This document shows, in pieces, positions 60,025 to 64,000 of a stretch of DNA of 64,000 bases. Origin of the DNA: Spirochaetia bacterium. Its GTDB lineage: Bacteria > Spirochaetota > Spirochaetia > UBA9216. Under the pieces are notes generated by a model. It was not told the origin of the DNA. It saw only the letters and a program-made list of their open reading frames with translations, and did no database searches. Each line of letters starts with the position of its first letter. Position 1 is the stretch's first letter. The DNA is taken from assembly GCA_963675665.1 (NCBI GenBank), contig OY776510.1, positions 3,904,001-3,968,000 of the forward strand. Reading direction: 5' to 3'. The position numbers were made by a program, and so were the translations under genes.

Positions 60025-61176
60025 TCAGCCAAGGCTGTCAACCCTGTCAATCGGCGAAACTATTTCTGTAACGCGTACGCCGAAGTTTTCATCAATAACA
60101 ACAACCTCACCCTTTGCAATAAGCTTATGATTCACAAGAATATCTACCGGCTCACCGGCGAGTTTATCCAGTTCAATAATGGTACCTTCGCCCATTCCGA
60201 GGATCTCTTTTATAAGCTTTTTCGTCCTTCCCAGTTCAACGGTCATCTCCATATAGACATCCATCAGAAGACCGATATTTCCCTGTTCACCCGAAGAGCT
60301 TTGAGGATTCAGACTTGGAAATTGCAGACCCTGAACATTGGGAACAGGCTGTCCTGAGCCGAACATATCCATACCGCCCATTGCCGAGCCCATTGAAGAC
60401 TGTCCCATTGCTGCACCCAAATTTGCCATTCCACCCATTCCTCCGCTTGCCGGCGGCTTTCCGCCCCCCATTGCAGGCTGATTCATACCGCCCATATCCA
60501 GTCCTGCCATGGCGTCCAACTCATCCATTGCATCAATACCCACTATGGCTTTTACCAGGTCCAGTGCAAATACCTCGACAAATTCGGAAGGCTCTTTTCC
60601 GTCTATCTTTGTCTGGTAGCTCACCTTAACCAGAGTATCTTCAAAAAATCCTATTTCGTTTTTCTCAACATTTTTTGTTTCGCCCGGAGAAGTCATTGCC
60701 GATTTGCCGCTTTTTTCACCGAAAGTTGTAGCAGCGGTGCCGGCCAGCGTATTTGCAGCCTCTTCAATCGCTGAAAGAGCCGCTTCATTCAAATCAACTT
60801 CTTCCTGCCCCATCATCAACCCGGCTATTGTAGTTGCTGCCTCGGGCCCAATAAGATATGAATGGTTTCCGCTAACCTGGTCCTGAAAATTCAGGCTGAC
60901 TTCTACAACATTTTCCGGTAAATCAGCAATCAGATCATCCCTGCTGACCACCTCAACTTGCGGTGATGTCATCTCGACTGTATCACCCACCATATTTGAA
61001 AGGTTCTGTGCCTGAGACGGAAGGAGCTCCTTTATTACGTCTGTAAAATCAGCAATTTCCTGAGCGCTTAAACCGCCGTTTCCTCCGGCAGCCGATGACG
61101 GAGCTGATGAGCCCCCCATATCTCCACCCTGCAGCAAAGCATCTATTTCGTCTTGAGACAGTGATCCGTCGCTCAT
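60025..61176 (-). CDS. fliY: Flagellar switch protein FliY/FliN
   Basis: LSQDEIDALL, CheC-like domain, FliN C-terminus (GEVVVIDENFGVR). Confidence 0.9.
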   Translation of the reverse strand: MSDGSLSQDEIDALLQGGDMGGSSAPSSAAGGNGGLSAQEIADFTDVIKELLPSQAQNLSNMVGDTVEMTSPQVEVVSRDDLIADLPENVVEVSLNFQDQVSGNHSYLIGPEAATTIAGLMMGQEEVDLNEAALSAIEEAANTLAGTAATTFGEKSGKSAMTSPGETKNVEKNEIGFFEDTLVKVSYQTKIDGKEPSEFVEVFALDLVKAIVGIDAMDELDAMAGLDMGGMNQPAMGGGKPPASGGMGGMANLGAAMGQSSMGSAMGGMDMFGSGQPVPNVQGLQFPSLNPQSSSGEQGNIGLLMDVYMEMTVELGRTKKLIKEILGMGEGTIIELDKLAGEPVDILVNHKLIAKGEVVVIDENFGVRVTEIVSPIDRVDSLG

Positions 61177-62201
61177 AATTCATCTCCTTCAGCAATAAGT
61201 TCTTCAAACTCATCCTTTTCAATATCTTCAAGTTTGGTTGTCACCTGAACTGCAATCTTTTTTCCGACAACACCGGGTTTACAGAGGAATTTTTCCTTGT
61301 TGCCTACTTTTAAAACCATTTCGTCCGTGATACGCGTATTCGGAAGCCTGATAAGATCTCCGGGTGTTAATGAAAGAACTTCACGCATTGTCAGTTCCAT
61401 AACACCTATTTCAGCTTTAATCGGTATTTCAATTGCAGCAAGCCGTTCTTTCAGTATATTCAGGTTTTCCGTAGTAGCTCCGCTTCTCACGGATGAATAC
61501 ATATACTGGGCAGACAGCTTTGAAATTATTGGTTCGATCGTCAGGTAAGGAATACAGAAGTTCATCATTCCTTCAACTTCACCGACCTTTGTTTCAAGTG
61601 TAACAAGGATAACCATTTCAGTTGGCGGTACAATTTGTGCAAATTGCGGATTTGTTTCAATCTGACCGAGTCTCGGCCTTAAATCAATAACCTGGCTCCA
61701 TGCTTCGCGCAGATTTCCCAGTATCCTTACAATTATTCCTTCCATTACAGCCTGTTCGATATCGGAAAGATCACGCGATATTTTGCTTCCCTCTCCCTGC
61801 CCGCCGAACTGACGGTCGATAATCGAATATGTAATGGCAGGGTCTATTTCCAGAACTGCCGACCCCTTCAGCGGGTCCATATTTATAATGCCGAGCGTTG
61901 TAGGATTCGGTATTGAACGTATGAATTCCTCATACGTCAGCTGATCAACAGATGCAACATGAACATGTACAAGGCTGCGAAGCTGTGCTGAAAGCGCAGT
62001 AGTCGTCAGACGTGCAAAAGTTTCATGCATGATTGAAACTGTACGAATCTGGTCCTTTGAAAATTTATCCGGACGCTTAAAATCGTAAATCTTAATCTTG
62101 CGCTGATCCGCGGCTTGAGTAACTTCTTCAGTTTCAATGTCTCCGGTTGAAATAGCCGTTAACAGCTGGTCTATTTCATCCTGTGATAAAACTTCATTCA
62201 T
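61173..62201 (-). CDS. fliM: FliM
   Basis: LSQDEIDQLL, YDFKRPDKFSKDQ. Confidence 0.96.
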   Translation of the reverse strand: MNEVLSQDEIDQLLTAISTGDIETEEVTQAADQRKIKIYDFKRPDKFSKDQIRTVSIMHETFARLTTTALSAQLRSLVHVHVASVDQLTYEEFIRSIPNPTTLGIINMDPLKGSAVLEIDPAITYSIIDRQFGGQGEGSKISRDLSDIEQAVMEGIIVRILGNLREAWSQVIDLRPRLGQIETNPQFAQIVPPTEMVILVTLETKVGEVEGMMNFCIPYLTIEPIISKLSAQYMYSSVRSGATTENLNILKERLAAIEIPIKAEIGVMELTMREVLSLTPGDLIRLPNTRITDEMVLKVGNKEKFLCKPGVVGKKIAVQVTTKLEDIEKDEFEELIAEGDEL

Positions 62202-62219
62202 CTGATTCGCATCCGCCTT

Positions 62220-62768
62220 CTAATACTGGAATATATTATACTCCATAAATACTATTTCCTGAATTTTACCGGCTGATAAAAGTCTGTTTATCTTTTCCTT
62301 CATCTCCTGCTTTATCTGCATCTCTGTCTGCGGCGTCAGCTCAGCTGCTGTCTTCGAACTTAGATGCTGTCTCATCGCATCGTAAATAATCTCGGAACGC
62401 TGGATTAGATCCGTCTGGATATCCGCATTTTCCCATTCGTAACCCAGCTTTGCCTTGATTATTACAGTTGAAGGATTTTTATCAGCTGTTCTGGTTCTGA
62501 TTTCATCCAGTGCATACCACCACATAACTTCCGGTTCTGTTGCATATTCCGGAGACTGAACAGCATACGACTGGTTGGTTGTCCCCTGAGTCATAATCTT
62601 CATGGTAAAAAATACAACAGTAACGATAAAGATGACTGCGACCACAACAATTGCAACCCACCGAAGAATCTTGGGCAGCAGCTCTTTGATTGCACTCGAT
62701 TTTTCACCTACTTCCAGCTCTTCCCCGCCGGCTACTTCTTCTTCAGCATAAATATCTTCATCACCCAT
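62220..62768 (-). CDS. fliL: FliL
   Basis: N-terminal TM; position between motB and fliM. Confidence 0.85.
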   Translation of the reverse strand: MGDEDIYAEEEVAGGEELEVGEKSSAIKELLPKILRWVAIVVVAVIFIVTVVFFTMKIMTQGTTNQSYAVQSPEYATEPEVMWWYALDEIRTRTADKNPSTVIIKAKLGYEWENADIQTDLIQRSEIIYDAMRQHLSSKTAAELTPQTEMQIKQEMKEKINRLLSAGKIQEIVFMEYNIFQY

Positions 62769-62925
62769 AAAATATCCCCTGTAAAATTCTAACAGAAAAA
62801 ATCTGCTATGAATAGTATTTTATCATGCAAGGAAAATCAATAATCAGGGATTATTGATTTTCCAACATTAAATACCAGTTACTGTATATCAGCAACGTGA
62901 AGTATTTTTTTAAAAAAATACTCCC

Positions 62926-62962
62926 GAGATATACGCAAGATTAATAATCTTGCGTATATCTC
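62926..62962. terminator. Long near-perfect palindrome immediately after the motB stop
   Basis: GAGATATACGCAAGATTA-A-TAATCTTGCGTATATCTC; a second IR lies at 62831-62863. Confidence 0.5.
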
Positions 62963-63691
62963 CTAATACTGCCCTTCGGCAAGTATTACAATATCAACCC
63001 TTCTGTTATACGCCCGTCCTTCAGACGTCGCATTATCTGCCAGAGGACGAGTGTCTGCACATCCCGCAATCTGAAATTTTTCCTCATCCACGCCGAAGTC
63101 AACAAGATAATGCAGAACATTTGCAGAACGTTCAGCAGACAGTTCCCAGTTTGTTTCCCAGGGCCCGTCGGGATCTGTCGGCAATGAATCGGTATGGCCT
63201 TCAATCCTGAAACGTCGCTCATCTTCAAGCGAATTAACCAGACCCGCAACGTTTCTGAGTGTTTCGCGTGCTGCTTCAATATCTACATCCGCCGTGGCGG
63301 GCCTGAAAAAGGAATCGGCTGCAAGACTTATAATCAGTCCCCTTTCATCAACCGTAACACGCACCTTGTTTGATTTTATCTCCGACTGAAACTGGCTGAC
63401 AGCCTTTTTACGTGCCTGGTCAAGCGCGCGCCCCGCCTGCATGGACGGAAGCGATTCGATTGTATTGCCCAGTTCCGCCAGATGACCCGACTCAAGGGTA
63501 TTACCGCCTTCAAGAAGTCCAAGCCCGCTGAATGCAGCAATGACGAGCTTCATTTCATGCCCGTCGACTGTTGCGGTAGTAAAAAGCATAACGAAAAAGC
63601 ACAGGAGAAGGGTAACCATGTCACCGTAGGTGTTCATCCATTCAGGGGCGCCCCCCGACGGACATTTAACCTTTTTAGGCGGTCTTGCCAT
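62963..63691 (-). CDS. motB: MotB
   Basis: WMNTYGDMVTLLLCFF, EGHTD, NWELS, NRRVDI. Confidence 0.96.
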   Translation of the reverse strand: MARPPKKVKCPSGGAPEWMNTYGDMVTLLLCFFVMLFTTATVDGHEMKLVIAAFSGLGLLEGGNTLESGHLAELGNTIESLPSMQAGRALDQARKKAVSQFQSEIKSNKVRVTVDERGLIISLAADSFFRPATADVDIEAARETLRNVAGLVNSLEDERRFRIEGHTDSLPTDPDGPWETNWELSAERSANVLHYLVDFGVDEEKFQIAGCADTRPLADNATSEGRAYNRRVDIVILAEGQY

Positions 63692-63702
63692 CTTTTCCTC
63701 CG

Positions 63703-64000
63703 TTACTCCGCATTAATCTCGGCCAGAACAGCCTCTCTCTTGTCCGGCGGGAGAAATGATACCAGCTTTGCTTCGAGTATTCTCGGGTTATCACCGGACT
63801 GAATTGAAAGGATGCCTTCTATCAGAATTTCTTTAACAAGAGTCTCTTCCTTGTCACGATCCATGAGTTTGTTCTTGATCGGAATAAAGAAAAGGTTTGC
63901 AAAGATTGAACCGTACATTGTTGTAATAAGCGCAAGCGCCATACCTGAACCGATTGAATCCGGGTCGTCAAGGTTTGCAAGCATTCCGATAAGTCCGGCC
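63703..64000 (-). CDS. motA: MotA (5'-truncated)
   Basis: MALALITTMYG, GILSIQSGDNPR. Confidence 0.93.
   Translation of the reverse strand, partial: AGLIGMLANLDDPDSIGSGMALALITTMYGSIFANLFFIPIKNKLMDRDKEETLVKEILIEGILSIQSGDNPRILEAKLVSFLPPDKREAVLAEINAE

Noticed and set aside
1-64000. tRNA or rRNA genes
   Set aside because: None recognised by eye; a tRNAscan or Infernal search was not possible.

Overview
Chromosomal window from a spirochaete, probably a free-living Spirochaetaceae (inferred from the spirochaete-type FlhB N-terminus, the FliY/FapA/FlhFG cluster and lipoproteins). Positions ~22-64 kb are ordinary housekeeping genes: metabolism, secA, ftsI and the motAB-fliLMYOPQR-flhBAFG-fliA-fapA-cheA flagellar cluster. 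Positions ~1-22 kb are an accessory island. It contains a minus-strand integron-like cassette array with four ~150-bp attC sites of one family, one or two of other types, an attI1-like core at 19892-19910 and a near-consensus promoter pointing into the array. No integrase gene is in the window; a GxxExxY gene sits where intI would be expected. The AT-rich cassettes carry three large candidate anti-phage NTPases, a putative class D beta-lactamase operon and a methyltransferase. An IS66 has split one attC and an IS481 has split a small cassette gene. Each cassette is bounded by 21-28 bp inverted repeats and by conserved GGA-loop hairpins. The last cassette position holds a diversity-generating retroelement (DGR) module: a lipoprotein target with a variable region, hairpins and a template repeat, but no reverse transcriptase or avd gene. 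All alignments and counts were done by eye, and no database searches were run.
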